Position numbers and translations under genes: made by a program. A stretch of DNA of 63,757 bases, the filler included, from Octopus bimaculoides (Eukaryota), in assembly GCF_001194135.2 (NCBI RefSeq). It is 7 parts of 7 records of this genome, joined end to end, with 100 filler letters (N's around TTAATTAATTAA, not from the genome) between each part and the next. Parts side by side here need not be neighbours in the genome. Positions count along the whole stretch, not along the records: positions 37,954 to 51,949 come from NC_068990.1; 6 more parts are not named here. One strand, given 5' to 3'. The notes under the pieces were generated by a model. That model worked only from the letters and a program-made list of their open reading frames with translations, was not told the DNA's origin and did not search any database. Every line of letters starts with the position of its first letter. The first letter of the stretch is position 1. This document shows, piece after piece, positions 39,335 through 51,949 of the stretch.

Positions 39335-41017
39335 TAGGCTGGAGCGAAAAATGTAACTTTCGAAATTGGTAAACCAAGAGTCGATATTTTGTTGCGAGTT
39401 AGAGTTAAAGAAAGGTGTATTAAGAACTTTACGGTTAAATTTTTTTTCAGGCTCCGCAACGCAATTGAAAATTTTAAAATTCGCGATTTTTGGTCAAATT
39501 TTGGATTTCATGGTTTATAAGTTGTAATGAATACATATTTCTACATAGCAGAATGCCTAACAGTAAATACAGTGCCCTTAAAATGTTGCATACCAAGTTT
39601 CAATACAATTGACTAAAATCTTGAAGTCCCGCATTGACTATAAAGAGAATGGGAGTGTGAACTTCTCTCCAGTGCTGCTGCAACGGTCGCTGNNNNNNNN
39701 NNAGAGAATGGGAGTGTGAACTTCTCTCCAGTGCTGCTGCAACGGTCGCTGCGTGTGGACGTACGTGTGTGTAGTTTTCTGCTTTGTACCTTGACTTTAG
39801 GCCATTGCATTAAAATTAATGANNNNNNNNNNTTCTGCTTTGTACCTTGACTTTAGGCCATTGCATTAAAATTAATGATCGTGTTAAATTTAGTATTGTT
39901 TACATTTAGTGATGACACACGCCAATAACGCGTCATGATATTGATTGCTCAATATTTTGGTACTCCATGTGATCTTAGTGAGCGAGTTTTGCCAACTTAC
40001 AAGGATGAACTAAAATGTGTTTTATTTGAACGAGAAAAAGAAGTAGTTAAGGAAGATCCTTCAATTAAACAAATTGTTAAGATTGTAGCAGAAAAGATCA
40101 TTCTTCTTTGGCAAAAGGAATCCATCCCTCGTGTTACGATTGAGATAGTTAAACCAAAAAGTACCAAGCATTACTAAAATCTGTGAAAAATAGAAAAAAT
40201 GTGCCATNNNNNNNNNNNNNNNNNAATGTGTTTAAAAACAATGCAACAAAAGATTTATTTGACATTTCCTGTTGTAAGTGCAATTTCTTTAAAATCTGCA
40301 GTTGTAGTGAAGATAGAAAAAAAAAGTACTGCAGAGAGAACAAGATTCTTTTACAAGATCAACAAACAAATCGAAAAATGATCTTTGGTGGAATAGATCA
40401 AGCAGCATCTAAACAGAACGTTCAGAGGTTGATTAGAAAGAATTGACCAGATCACAGTCACCCTTCTACGTCAGCAAAGGGAAGTTTAAGATTTTCGGTT
40501 TAACTGACTCAATCTGACACAAGGGATGGGTGCCTTTTGCCAAAGAAGAATTATCTTTTCTGCTAGTCTTGACAGTTTGTTTAATTTATTTTAATGTGTG
40601 TGTAATCTATACCTCATGTAACACATAAATTCGGTGACCTAGTATTAAAAATAATAAAGAAAACAAAGTCGAAATGTCTATTTATTTCACATAATTTCGA
40701 AATTTCAAGTGTATTGCGGAGCTTGAAGATATAAATTTTAGAGTTTGAGATTTTAATACTCTTGTTTTTGGAGAATTTTGCAAAAGAAAATTAACTCGTA
40801 ACAATGAATATAAAAAATAAAATGAGGAACGGCAAACGTGTTATAAATTTGTTTTTCGCTCATTATTCAAAATTTCAAGTGGCTGCAGAGCCTAAACATA
40901 TAAATCTAAGAACTTCAGATTTTAATACAGTTGTTGTTAAAAGATTTTGCAATAAAAAATATATTCTTAAAAACATATGAAAATCTGTGTAAAAAGTAAT
41001 TTTTTCGCTCCACCCTA
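39335..41017 (+). mobile_element. hAT-superfamily DNA transposon (hATm-like TAGG termini), internally deleted
   Basis: TIRs TAGGCTGGAGCGAAAAAT / revcomp TAGGGTGGAGCGAAAAAA. The 8-bp TSD is ATGCGTAT (39327-39334) / ATGTGTAT (41018-41025). An N-terminal transposase remnant lies inside. Confidence 0.8.
39935..40446 (+). pseudogene. Transposase N-terminal remnant (FG.P..L...LPT; LFDISCCKC..C.C; LQDQ..RKMIFGGID)
   Basis: Two adjacent ORFs within the TIR-bounded element. No catalytic domain is present. Confidence 0.7.
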
Positions 41018-41379
41018 ATGTGTATGCATAATTTATATGTGTGTATATGAATGTTTTTAGGTGTATTTGTATGTTGCTTTGCATGTGTTTATATATTTGA
41101 ACATGCGTGTGCGCATTAGATGTATCTTTGTATGTTTTCATATATGGACCATTATGCGGATAAACAAATTAGATATATTAAATATATTAAATATAGTAAA
41201 TATAATATTTGGTGTATGTAATATGAAATATGTACATATATATATATACACGCAAAACGAGAGAAAGCAAAAGGTGGAGATATTCAAATGATCAATTTTT
41301 AAGAATATATTGATATTTATATTAATATGTCAACTTACACAGAGTTCAAACGATAGAGAAAATTAAAGAGGTGGAAGAA

Positions 41380-43090
41380 TGATGTTATAAGTTCAACAGC
41401 TGTTGCGGAAAGGGAGGGGGGCTCGGAGATCCATAGTAATGTTGGTAGATGGAGATCATTACAATAAGCAGCCGTTTGGATGCAATTGACATTGGATAAA
41501 ATGAGCCTCCGTCATCAGTGTAGAGAAGGTCTTACATTTTAGATTTTAATGCAGAGAAGTTCAAAGATGGATTAAATGCGAAGAGCTAGCTGTATTAGAG
41601 GGGGAGGTAGGAAGATTAGTGAGGTTATAGGGGTATTAAGACAGGGAATGATGAGAGGAGAAAAGAAGTTCAGGAAGAGTGAGAGATTAATAATGAGGGT
41701 ACTAAGGGAAGTAGTAGTTGAGATGGAGATGAATGGGAAGGTAAGGTAGACAGTTTTTGAATGGTGGCCGGTTGTGTTGGGCTTGTCAAAGTTTAGGGAT
41801 AATAGCTCTAAAATTATTGGAAGTTGAGATAGTGAGAAAATGAATAGCAATTATTTGAAGGAAGTAAAGTGTCTAGTTCAGTGGCTGAGGGATATTACTA
41901 AAGTATGTATGAGAGAAGATAGAGGGATGTGGACAGAGTGGGGGTGAGTTGGTGGTCAAGATAGCAGTGGTTAGTAGAATAATGAATGTGGGTTGGTANN
42001 NNNNNNNNTGGTGGTCAAGATAGCAGTGGTTAGTAGAATAATGAATGTGGGTTGGTATTGGAGGGGGAGTACTAAGGTATGCAAATATGTATGAAATTGA
42101 ACAGAGAGAGGTAAATAGAGAGGGAGAGAGAGGTTGATAGGTTAGTATCCAATTAAGTGGGGTAGTAATAAGTTCTTTTGTTTGAAGGAGAGAAATGGGA
42201 GAAGGGAAAGAATACTACTTGTAAGAATGGGGAGGCTATGGGGGAACTGGAATGTGGTGGGTTAGAGGAATTTGCAAAGGTAATAATGAGAAGGAATAGT
42301 TTAATAAGAAGGGTGGTATTAGTTGAGGTAGTATGTTGCTAGGCTGCCCTTATCGTACCTCGAGGTTAATTTTAATTATGAATAATTATAGATATAAGAT
42401 AACATAGATTTACTAAAACGGGCAAATGATGAGTAGAACCTATATTTAGAAGAAAGTATTACATCTGAGAATGTATTAAGTAGTGAGGGGTTGTGGTGGC
42501 GAAGAATGGTTAACGATCCCCTTAAACTTACAAATTCCGATGTTTGTATTGTATGGGGGAGTCTCACTCACGATGGACTAGGATAGAGTATAGGGAACAT
42601 TTTGAGATTTGAGGTTGTGTATATGAGTTGCAAAGGAAGTAGATAATTTAGAATTTAGATTGGAGAAAGCATTCATGTGTGCACGACAGCTGCGCTTGAA
42701 ATCAACAGTGCCGCCGATATAGACGCTTGGTGGGAGCGAGGTGTTATAGCAAGGAACTTGTAGACTACATTTTTACGTAAACAGAAACCACCAAGAGAGC
42801 AGAGTTGAAATACCCGACAATTTCAAGTTTTCCTACCTGCTCAGCGGTTGGAGCGTACCGCTGGGGAGTTCAAATTCCTATGGTCCGTTATTAGTAAAGA
42901 AGAAGTACAATCGGTACCAGTATTGGATTGGGAGTGTATATCGCTGCTAGTATATGTGGTCACATGGATAGTATTGTGAGAAGATGCCTTGAGTTTATTA
43001 TTATTTAGTCGAAGTAGGTTACTGAGGTTATTGTCACTAGGTGAGTTGATGTGGGGTGCAAAGTAATAAATTGCAGGTTCCAAGGGCTAG
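41380..43090 (-). mobile_element. Penelope-like element, partial tandem: linker + GIY-YIG, HHR remnant, then decayed RT-like N-terminal part
   Basis: NCRVFQLCSLGGFCLRKNVVYK / VYIGGTVDFKRSCRAHMNAF...STSFATHIHNLK...PPYNTNIGICK at about 42430-42830. Weaker RT-like KPNTTG...LALRI...PPSLSATAVELI at 41380-41850. Confidence 0.75.
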
Positions 43091-44649
43091 TGTTGTCTGT
43101 TAGAGGAGATGATTATGGATCCCAAATTAGGTGTNNNNNNNNNNGCTAGTGTTGTCTGTTAGAGGAGATGATTATGGATCCCAAATTAGGTGTGTGCGTT
43201 TGCCATCTTTCTATTCGCTGTAAGAAAACTGCTTGCTGACGGGGCTTTGCTATCTTGCTATTGAATGTTAGAAAATTGTACATCTATATTGTGCTGCCTG
43301 TCTGTCTCTCTTTCCCTTTCCTACTGTGTCTCTCTCTTTCTTTCTTTTTCTCTATATCCTCCCCTTATTTCTATTTCCTATCTTTCTATCTTCTTATCTA
43401 TCTCTCTTACTCTACATCGTTGAAATCTTTCTAAACTGATTGCTTTTCTTCAACGTACGTTCACTTGGGTTTTTTACGAACTTTAGTGTAAACCAGGGCT
43501 ATTTTCTCAATATGCAGGTAGCTGCAAATGTCTTTCCTTTTCTTTATCATCATTAGTAAGTGAGCAAAATTTAGTTTAGAGCTGCTCTCTCATCTTGTCT
43601 ATTTTTTAGATTGTTTTGCGTTTTGCTATCTTTCCATTCAATGTTAGAAACCTGCTTCCGCCCAACCAATCCTGCCCCTACCGCCTATACCAAAAATATT
43701 TGTGGCGGAAATTATGAAATCCCGAAATCCTAGGTTCATCTCACCACCTCCTCTTGTATTTTATTAATAATAATGGGAGTGAGGATGATCATAGGCGCAT
43801 GATAGTAATAGGAATAGTAATTAGAATGAAAATAAGAGTACTTTCCGTTTTAGTGGTAGCAGTAATTTTGATGGTAGAGAGGGAACTGGTAGTTATAATA
43901 ACAATTGTAATATGTCAGGTCACTTTTAGTGCTATTGGTAACATGTAATCCAGTACAACCAGCGACCCTACCAAGCGCTTACCTGGTAAGGAGAATGGAT
44001 TTTGTTGGACATTCTGCAGCACGAAAAACAAAACTTGTTAATGAGCGGATGAACTTCACANNNNNNNNNNNNNNNNNNNNNNNNNNNNNNNNNNNNNNNN
44101 NNNNNNNNNNNNNNNNNNNNNNNNNNNNNNNNNNNNNNNNNNNNNNNNNNNNNNNNNNNNTTCTGCAGCACGAAAAACAAAACTTGTTAATGAGCGGATG
44201 AACTTCACAGAGTCAATGGCCATCCAACTATACGAATCTTTAAATGCTGCGAGGATAAATATTGGCGATGGTGACCAGCTTAAATCAGGGCAGACAGGCC
44301 CCTCGGAATTTTGAGTGACAACCGGTCTAGTGATGGTAACACGATATAATTTCTGGTTGATGGTAACCTTAAAACACATACCTCGATTATGAGAGAAATG
44401 TTAATTTTGAGAACTAATCCTAACGGCGCCAACAAGGCTGGAGCTTTTAGCGAAGTTGCCGCGTCCTGCAGGTATCCTGTGGAACAGCAGCGTAGGCTCG
44501 ATCGTAATCAAGCTACTGCTGAAACTTAACAGGGAAGGAGCTTAAAATGCCACCTGGTGGATAAGGGCATTAGTTGTATCGGGTATATTAAAATAAAGAA
44601 TTAAAGCGAGTGCACTTAAGAACAAGATACGGAGGAAGATATTTACAGT

Positions 44650-47053
44650 TTAAAATCCATTGTTTAGAACAAATCAGGAACCGTCCTGCGAGTCTATGGA
44701 TGGAGGAAATATGGAAGAAGCAGAGTTACCTGATTCCAAAGAAGCAACTTCATTTTGGAGCAAGATCTGTTCAAAGAATGTCAAGCACAACAACAGGTCA
44801 CCCTAACTCCATGAAGTGTTAGAACTCATAGACGCGGAGATACAAGAGAACATTGTCATCACATTGGAAGATATTCAATCCGGTGTTGGTAAGATAAGAA
44901 ATCGCAAGGGAGCTTCCCCGGACCTAGTTCAAGGTTTTAGTTCAAAGTTTTGACGAATTTACAACCTAAACCACAAAATTCCTGAAAGAAATTGTACCAG
45001 AATCGAAGGTCAAAAGAAGAATTGTGTTGGTTCAAAAGGATCCATCAAAGGGTGCCGTTGTCAGTAACTATCGTCTGAGTGCTTCTTTATCTATGATGTA
45101 GAAGTTTCTAACTAAGGTAATAGGAAGGAAATTGTACGAACATTTTGAAAGAAATGAACTGTTAGCAGATGAACAGAAAGGCTACTGGAAGGGATCACGA
45201 GGAACAAAGGGTCATTCGCTGATTGATAAGGCAATTTTTAGAAATCGCCGAAGAAGGTTGACAAGCTTATCAATGACTTGTATTGATTATAAGAAGGCGA
45301 ATGACATGATTGCTCGTTCGTGGATTCTGAAATGTCTAGAGATGGTCGGGGCAGCTAAAAATTTGATTTATTTCTTTAAAAAATAGTATGAGGAATTGGA
45401 AGACAGTTTTGATTACTGGTAGAGGAGAGATTGGACAAGTCGACATAAAGAGAGGAATCTTTTAAAAAGGTTCGGTGTCACTCTTATTGTTTATTGTTTG
45501 TATGTTACCGCTCTCCATGGTTCAGAGAAAGATGGAAGCTAGTTACAAAATGCAGAAAAACATGAGACTAATCAATTATCTGATATATATGGATGATTTG
45601 AAGCTTTACGGAGCTAGCGGTGGTCAATTGTATTCCCTTATTTAGTCCGTACGAATTTTCTCTGAAGACATCAAAATGGCGTTTGCTATAGAGAAATGCA
45701 CTGTTATTGAACTGAGAAGAGGGCGAAAAGTAGACAGCAGTGGAGAACAGCTTCCAGATGAAGAGTAGATGAAAGACGTGAACGGAGAAAATTACAAATA
45801 TCTTGGTGTTTTACAACTAGGCCACATGCTGAACATCAAGATGGAGAAAATTCTTCTGACTATACCAGAAGTGTGAAAAAGTTATGTAGCTCTAAACTAA
45901 ACGGAGGGAATCTGATTAGAAGCATCAGCGCGCGGGCTGTAGGTGTGATATGTTACAATACAAGAGATGTGGAATGGACAAAGGGAGAACTTGTCAACAT
46001 GGATAGAATAACTAGGAAAATAATGACTATGCATGGGTGCTTTCATACTAGAAGTTGTATAACATGGCTATACCTACTTAGGAATGAAGGTGGAAGAGGA
46101 CTGGTTGAGATGAATTCTTTGTATGCTTACCTGAGGAATAGTGAGGAAAGAATGTTGCAGGCTGCACTGAGTGAGAAGGTGATCAGTGACAATGGACAGA
46201 CACTCCAGGAGTACAATATGAGGACTAACAGAGAAAAAAATAATCAACGGGAAAGAGAAAGTCCTACACAGTTTTTTTTTTTTTCAACAAACAACAGATG
46301 AAGCTGATGAAAAGTCCTGGAGATGGTTAAGACATGGTTTTTTTAAAGGAAGAGACACAAGGGCTGATTCCTGCTGCTTAAGAAAAAGTTTTACGTACTA
46401 ACTTTATCAAGTGTAGCGTTGATAAAACAGAAGTAACACTACATCTGAGACAGACACATGATCAGTGAACGCTCAAAACTAACACAAAAGGAGTAGAAAA
46501 ATCGACATGACATCAGTGCGAATACACTAGGAGTTGTGCAAGAAGTATGGGTTAGAATATTCTCACAAGCAGTATGAGCACCAACCTTTGCCAGCAGCAG
46601 AGAATGATCAGGTGAAGCTCACAGGGGATATGCCAATATACACAGACAAAAAGCTGCAATATAACCGACCAGATATCACTCACCTACTGAAGGAGTTCAA
46701 AAAGTGGACCTGTGTCGACGTACCTATACCTGCAGACCAAAATATTGTTAAATCAGAGGACAAGAAAGAGAGAAAGTACCAAGATTTAGGATTGGCAATG
46801 AAATGAATCCATGCAGCCTCAAAAGTGAGTGTGGTACCTACTGTGATCGGTGCACTTAGGACCATCTCAAAAAGAAATATTCTGGCACCAAACGCTACAA
46901 ATACCAACTTCATAGTAAGTACTCAGATGGCAGCAATACTTGGAACAGTTCATATGTTGAGAAAAGTGTTGCGTCTCTAGACTATAGCTGCGGGATGGAA
47001 CTGAAAAGTGATATAGACATAGATAAATCAGACGTAAAGCAATAATAATAATA
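44650..47053 (+). mobile_element. R4/Dong-like (REL-endonuclease) non-LTR retrotransposon, degraded
   Basis: LFRTNQ, NYRL, EQKG..KGSRGTK, IDYKKA.D, YMDDLKLY, YKYLG, RLYL-like/EGGRGL, HD, NRPDI, D...P.D.NI, KYQDL, VPTVIGAL and LRKVL are present in order. Ends at (AAT)n. The segment 43930-44650 may be its 5' part. Confidence 0.9.
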
Positions 47054-47267
47054 ATCGTTTCTACTCTAGGCACAAGGCCCTAAATTTTTGGGGAAGGGGC
47101 CAGTCGATTAGATCGACCCCAGTACCAAACTGGTATTTAATTTATCGACCATGAAAGGATTAAAGGCGAAGTCGACCTCGGCGGAATTTGAACTCAGAAC
47201 GTAACAGCAGACGAAATACCGCTAAACATTTCGCCCGGCGTGCTAACGTTTCTGCCAGCTCGCCGCC
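47054..47267 (-). mobile_element. SINE family B, full length, inserted in (TAA)n
   Basis: Head GGCGGCGAGCTGGCAGAAACG, B-box GAGTTCAAATTCC, and taataataat on both sides. Confidence 0.9.
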
Positions 47268-47340
47268 TAATAATAATAAGTACATATTTAAAGAACCTTC
47301 TTGGTTTAGTGGTACGGAACGTTCTTTTGGTAATTTTTTA

Positions 47341-47540
47341 CTCTTTTACTTGTTTCAGTCATTTGACGGTGGCCATGCTGGAGTACCATACTTTAGTCGA
47401 AGAAATCGACCCCTGGACTTAATCCCTGTAAGCCTGGTGCCTATTCTATCAGTTTCTTCTGCCAAACAGCTAAGTTACGGAGACGCAAACACACCAACAT
47501 CGGTTGTCAAGCAATGGTGGTGGGAGGACAAACACACACA
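47341..47540 (-). mobile_element. SINE family A 3' half
   Basis: Reverse complement of the 17230-17404 body. Confidence 0.85.
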
Positions 47541-47551
47541 CAAACACACAC

Positions 47552-47724
47552 GTGCAGGAGTGGCTGTGTGGTAAGTAGCTTGCTTACCAACCACATGCTT
47601 CCGGGTTCAGTCCCACTGCGTGGCACCTTAAGCAGGTGTCTTCTACTATAACCTCGGGCCGACCAAAGCCTTGTGAGTGGATTTGGTAGACGGAAACTGA
47701 AAGAAGCCTGTCGTATATATGTAT
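47552..47724 (+). mobile_element. SINE family A 5' half (runs into gap)
   Basis: gcaggagtggctgtgtggtaag...ggttcagtcccactgcg...gaaagaagcc. Confidence 0.9.
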
Positions 47725-48650
47725 NNNNNNNNNNNNNNNNNNNNNNNNNNNNNNNNNNNNNNNNNNNNNNNNNNNNNNNNNNNNNNNNNNNNNNNNNNNN
47801 NNNNNNNNNNNNNNNNNNNNNNNNNNNNNNNNNNNNNNNNNNNNNNNNNNNNNNNNNNNNNNNNNNNNNNNNNNNNNNNNNNNNNNNNNNNNNNNNNNNN
47901 NNNNNNNNNNNNNNNNNNNNNNNNNNNNNNNNNNNNNNNNNNNNNNNNNNNNNNNNNNNNNNNNNNNNNNNNNNNNNNNNNNNNNNNNNNNNNNNNNNNN
48001 NNNNNNNNNNNNNNNNNNNNNNNNNNNNNNNNNNNNNNNNNNNNNNNNNNNNNNNNNNNNNNNNNNNNNNNNNNNNNNNNNNNNNNNNNNNNNNNNNNNN
48101 NNNNNNNNNNNNNNNNNNNNNNNNNNNNNNNNNNNNNNNNNNNNNNNNNNNNNNNNNNNNNNNNNNNNNNNNNNNNNNNNNNNNNNNNNNNNNNNNNNNN
48201 NNNNNNNNNNNNNNNNNNNNNTTCTGGGTTCTTTTCACAGCTATAACCCGTTCGAAATTTGCATTAGTTTTTGTATGAAAAAAAAAAGAGAGTGGGGCTT
48301 GTTTGGAGTTTGTAGAGAAAACTTTAAATGTGCCAGAAAACAAACGCAGTATTTCCCCACCAACTAAAAGACATGAAGAACTATGAAAGAAGGCGAATAA
48401 GTACCGGAGGTGGGGGAAGGAACAGAGAACAAACACTCAATCGTTCTAGAACTCCCAGAATAAGAACGTAAACATCTGAAAGACTTTCCCTCTATTCATT
48501 ACTAAATGTCTTTCCCTCTTCTTCATTGTTAAAAGTAAAGAAGCTAGAAAAGTAAAGAAGATAGAAAAGATCTGTCATTGTAAGTGACTGAGGCTTTCTT
48601 TTCTCTGTCTCTATCGCTTCACTCCTTTTCTCCACGGTTAAGAGAGTGAA

Positions 48651-48962
48651 GGTGCGTGGCTCAGTGGTTAGAGGTGTTCGGCCCACGATCGTGAAGTCAT
48701 GAGTACGATTCCCGGCGGCGCGCTGTGCTCTTGAGCAAGGTACTCTACTTCACCTTGCTGCAGTCCACCTAGCTGGCAAAAATGAGTTGTAGCTGTAATT
48801 CAAAGGGGTTAGCCTTGTCACATTCTGTGTGAGGTTGAATCTCCCTGAGAACTACCTTATGACATGCATGTCTGTGGAGCCTCTTGCAAGTTGATTTTAC
48901 GAGCAAACTGTTCTGTTGATCAGATAATCAGGAAACTCGTCGTCATAACCGACGCAGTGCCA
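48651..48962 (+). mobile_element. tRNA-derived SINE family C, full length
   Basis: A-box TGGCTCAGTGG, B-box-like GAGTACGATTCCC and body ttgagcaag...aaatgagttg. An inverted copy lies at 60052-60368. Confidence 0.85.
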
Positions 48963-49097
48963 TTTTTTTAAAAAGAGTGAAAGAAAAGGAAATTTTCATA
49001 TCGTAAGGCAAAAATGTTATGCGTTTAGTATAAGCAGTGAAAGCCAAGACGAAATAATTACTATTCTGTCGCTTATTCGCCCTTGACTCACGCTCAG

Positions 49098-49176
49098 TTT
49101 GATAACAACAGCCTGCGCATCGGTGTTTATCTGGAGGCTTGGCCTCCAGATCTGTGAGACCCACAAATGCCTCTGT
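49098..49176 (+). mobile_element. Short CRE-like non-LTR fragment
   Basis: With one frameshift it reads FDNNSLRIGVYL/RLGLQICETHKCLC, resembling the LDNxSLRIAVxLRLG..C.PH.C.C motif of CRE-type elements. Confidence 0.5.
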
Positions 49177-49276
49177 TAGGACCGGATTAACACTCATAGT
49201 GACCCTAACGACTAAAAAGATTTTCCTGCCCGATATAGGATATCTTTTTCGTTTTCTTCCAACCACTTGAAAGTCT

Positions 49277-49410
49277 ACTCAGCTGGCCAAAATGAGTTGT
49301 AGCTGTAATTCAAAGGGGCCAATATTCTGTGTGAGGCTTAATCTCCCTGATAACTACGTTAATGATACGCATGTCTGTGGAACACTCAGCCACTTGCGAG
49401 TTAATTTTAT
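49277..49410 (+). mobile_element. SINE family C internal fragment
   Basis: Repeats 48765-48900. Confidence 0.8.
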
Positions 49411-49687
49411 CCTCATGTGATAATGAAAAGTGAAAGTGACATCCAATATTTGCTGTGCCTATGTATCTATGTATCGACTTTTCTTTGGATCTATGAATCT
49501 ACTGTCTGTCTCACTTACTCTCTTTCTCTTTTACTTACTCTGCGTCCCTCCTCTCACCCAATTTAAATTCAACAATATGTGTATGTATCTATGTATCAAC
49601 TTTTCTTTTGATCTATGTATCTACTTTTCTTGCGATATGATACACATTTAAAAACACAAAACGAACGCTGTCACAATTCAGTCTCTC

Positions 49688-49753
<66 letters not shown>

Positions 49754-49869
49754 TCACTCTCTCTCTCTCTTTCTTTCTCTCTTACTTCCTCTCTGAAACT
49801 TTTAAAAATAAAATGAGCGCCATCACAACTCACTGTCTCTTTCACTCTTTCTCTCTTTCTCTCTTTCTA

Positions 49870-49912
<43 letters not shown>

Positions 49913-50099
49913 TTCTTCCTCTCTGTCCTCTCTCTCGCTTTGCCACTCAGTTCTTCCTTTGAAGTAAGTATGACACACACCACAGGTGTCGCACAGAATA
50001 AGTGTGTGTATGTGTGTGAGTGTGTGTATGTATGTGTGTGAGTGTGTGTACCCTGACTTTTTGGACAGGTGCCTTTTTTTCCTTTCCTTTTTTCCAACT

Positions 50100-51248
50100 A
50101 CAGACGTATATTCAGGTCAGGCCCTTTCACTCGCACCATTTTCGCCACTTTCACCTTTCAGCAAACTGGCTAGAAGGCAACACTTCCCTCTCTACCTTTA
50201 TTTTCCTTTGCAAGTGAAACTTGAAGAAGTTCATCAGGGATTGGTCAAAGAGATGTTTGTCTTCTGCCTCTTCAATCTCGTCCACCATACAACCTTTTTG
50301 GCCATGGCCACCAGACATAAAAACACAGCCTTTCTTTCCCGGTTAAAGGAAGGCGGCGGAACGATCTTCACAATGGATTCAGTTGACAGCTAGTTCCGTC
50401 CCACATGCGACTATAGATGTTCGACATAAACCTACAGGTAAGCAATGCTCGGGCACTGGACAAGTGCATGCAGGACCGTTTAGTCGTCCTGAGTGCATCT
50501 CGGACAGGCAAAGCTCCTCTATAGCACTGCCAGGCCAGAGATTTTTTTTAATTATCCATCAGTCCCGGGCCGAAAGTTCTCCGGAAAAGAGCGGCTAGCT
50601 GATCTTCTTTGACGCCCAAGGTTTCCCCAAGAAAGTCGTCGCACATTTCCTCCACTAATCCTCTATAAAAAGCTAAAGTGGACGTTCCACTTATCACAAT
50701 GTCCGATTGGCTGAGGACAGTGAGCGTTTGAAGATATTCCATTTCCCAAATGCTCCACCTCGGTCTCCGTTTTACCCAGAACTGCAGCTCCGTTAAGGAA
50801 ACTAGCTGCGGAAATACATGTCTGACGAACGGTGACCACACCCGTTCACTGTCAAGGAAGCGCTGGAAATGTCGTAGCCTCAGTGCATGTCTGCGCATCA
50901 TCAACCACGGCATGACCAGACCACCATACAGTGGGTGCTGACAGCAGATAGACCGCATGACCTTCAGGACGTGTCCCTTCCACAAGAAGCGGAAGAGTAT
51001 ACACTCCATCGTAATCAGACGGTGACCACAAGGCACGACGGTCAAGCGATAGTAGATGACGGATGCGATATACAGCCACCTCTGTCCGAGCTTTTAGGGA
51101 TAGCTTTCTCTCGGCCAATTTTTGAGGGAGAGTAGTCACCCTGCTCATTACCTCGTCCCATTTTTTTGTCCATCTAGAGATCCCGACCTAACCAGACCCA
51201 AGCAATTGAACCGGTTTGTCCGTCCAGCGCCCAACGATGCAGTTGGAC
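50100..51248 (-). mobile_element. Tx1/L1-like LINE 3' fragment (copy 2)
   Basis: RWTDKPVQLLG, ERKLSLKARTEV, ILFRFLWKG, HPLYGGLVMP, SLAWQCYR and zf-RVT-like C..H...C, through to the ORF end. Confidence 0.85.
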
Positions 51249-51949
51249 ATGGACTTGCTTCCGGTTAAAGGAGATCGGTGGGTCAATTCTCACAATGGAT
51301 TCAGCTGATAGCCGGATCCGTCCTACGCGTGACAGTAGCTGTTCGACATAAACCCACAGGTCAGCAATACTCGGGCACTGGACGAGTGCGTGCAGAACGG
51401 TTTCGTCGTCCTGAGCGCACCTTGGGCAGGCCCGGTTGACGGCACTTCCGTGCCGGAAGAGTTTATCTCGAACAGGTAGCGCACCTCAGTAGCACTGCCA
51501 GGCGAGGGACCTATGGAAATTATCCATGGGCCCCGGCCCGAAAGTTCTCCCGAACAGACTGTTTAACTGATTATATTCGACGCCTAGAGTTTCCCCGAGA
51601 ACATCGTCGCACTTTTCTCCCACTAACCCTCTATACAACGCTAGAGTGGAGCTACTACCTATCGCACTGCCCGCCTGACTGAGGGCGGTGAGAGTTTGGT
51701 GGCACTCGAGGTGCCAAGCGCACTTTCTCGGTCTACGTTTGATCCAGGATTGCAGCTCTGTTAAAGAAACGAGCTGCGGAAAATCGCGTCTGACGAACGG
51801 CGACCACACCTGTTCACCGTCCCGGAAACGCTTGAGATGTCGTAGCCTGAGCGCATGTTTGCGCATCAGCAACCACGACATGCGAAGGCCTCCGTTCAGC
51901 AGCTGTTGACAGCAGATGGAGCGCCTGACCAGCGGTACCTGACCCTTCC
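51249..51949 (-). mobile_element. Tx1/L1-like LINE fragment (copy 1)
   Basis: MSWLLMRKHALRLRHL...SLAWQCY..RDKLFRHG...CPRC..DDETVLHALVQC. Paralogous to 50330-50990. Confidence 0.85.

Noticed and set aside
42823-42830. TGA at a Cys position (KT*NCR) in the PLE, suggesting selenocysteine as in Naiad elements
   Set aside because: The same remnant has other stops (TAG at a Trp position, another TGA) and frameshifts, and no SECIS was identified. Nonsense decay is simpler.
38440-44210. Direct repeats flanking short gaps (38440-38560, 39630-39750, 39780-39880, 41950-42060, 43085-43195, 44010-44210)
   Set aside because: These are exact overlaps of contig ends on both sides of N runs, i.e. unmerged assembly overlaps.
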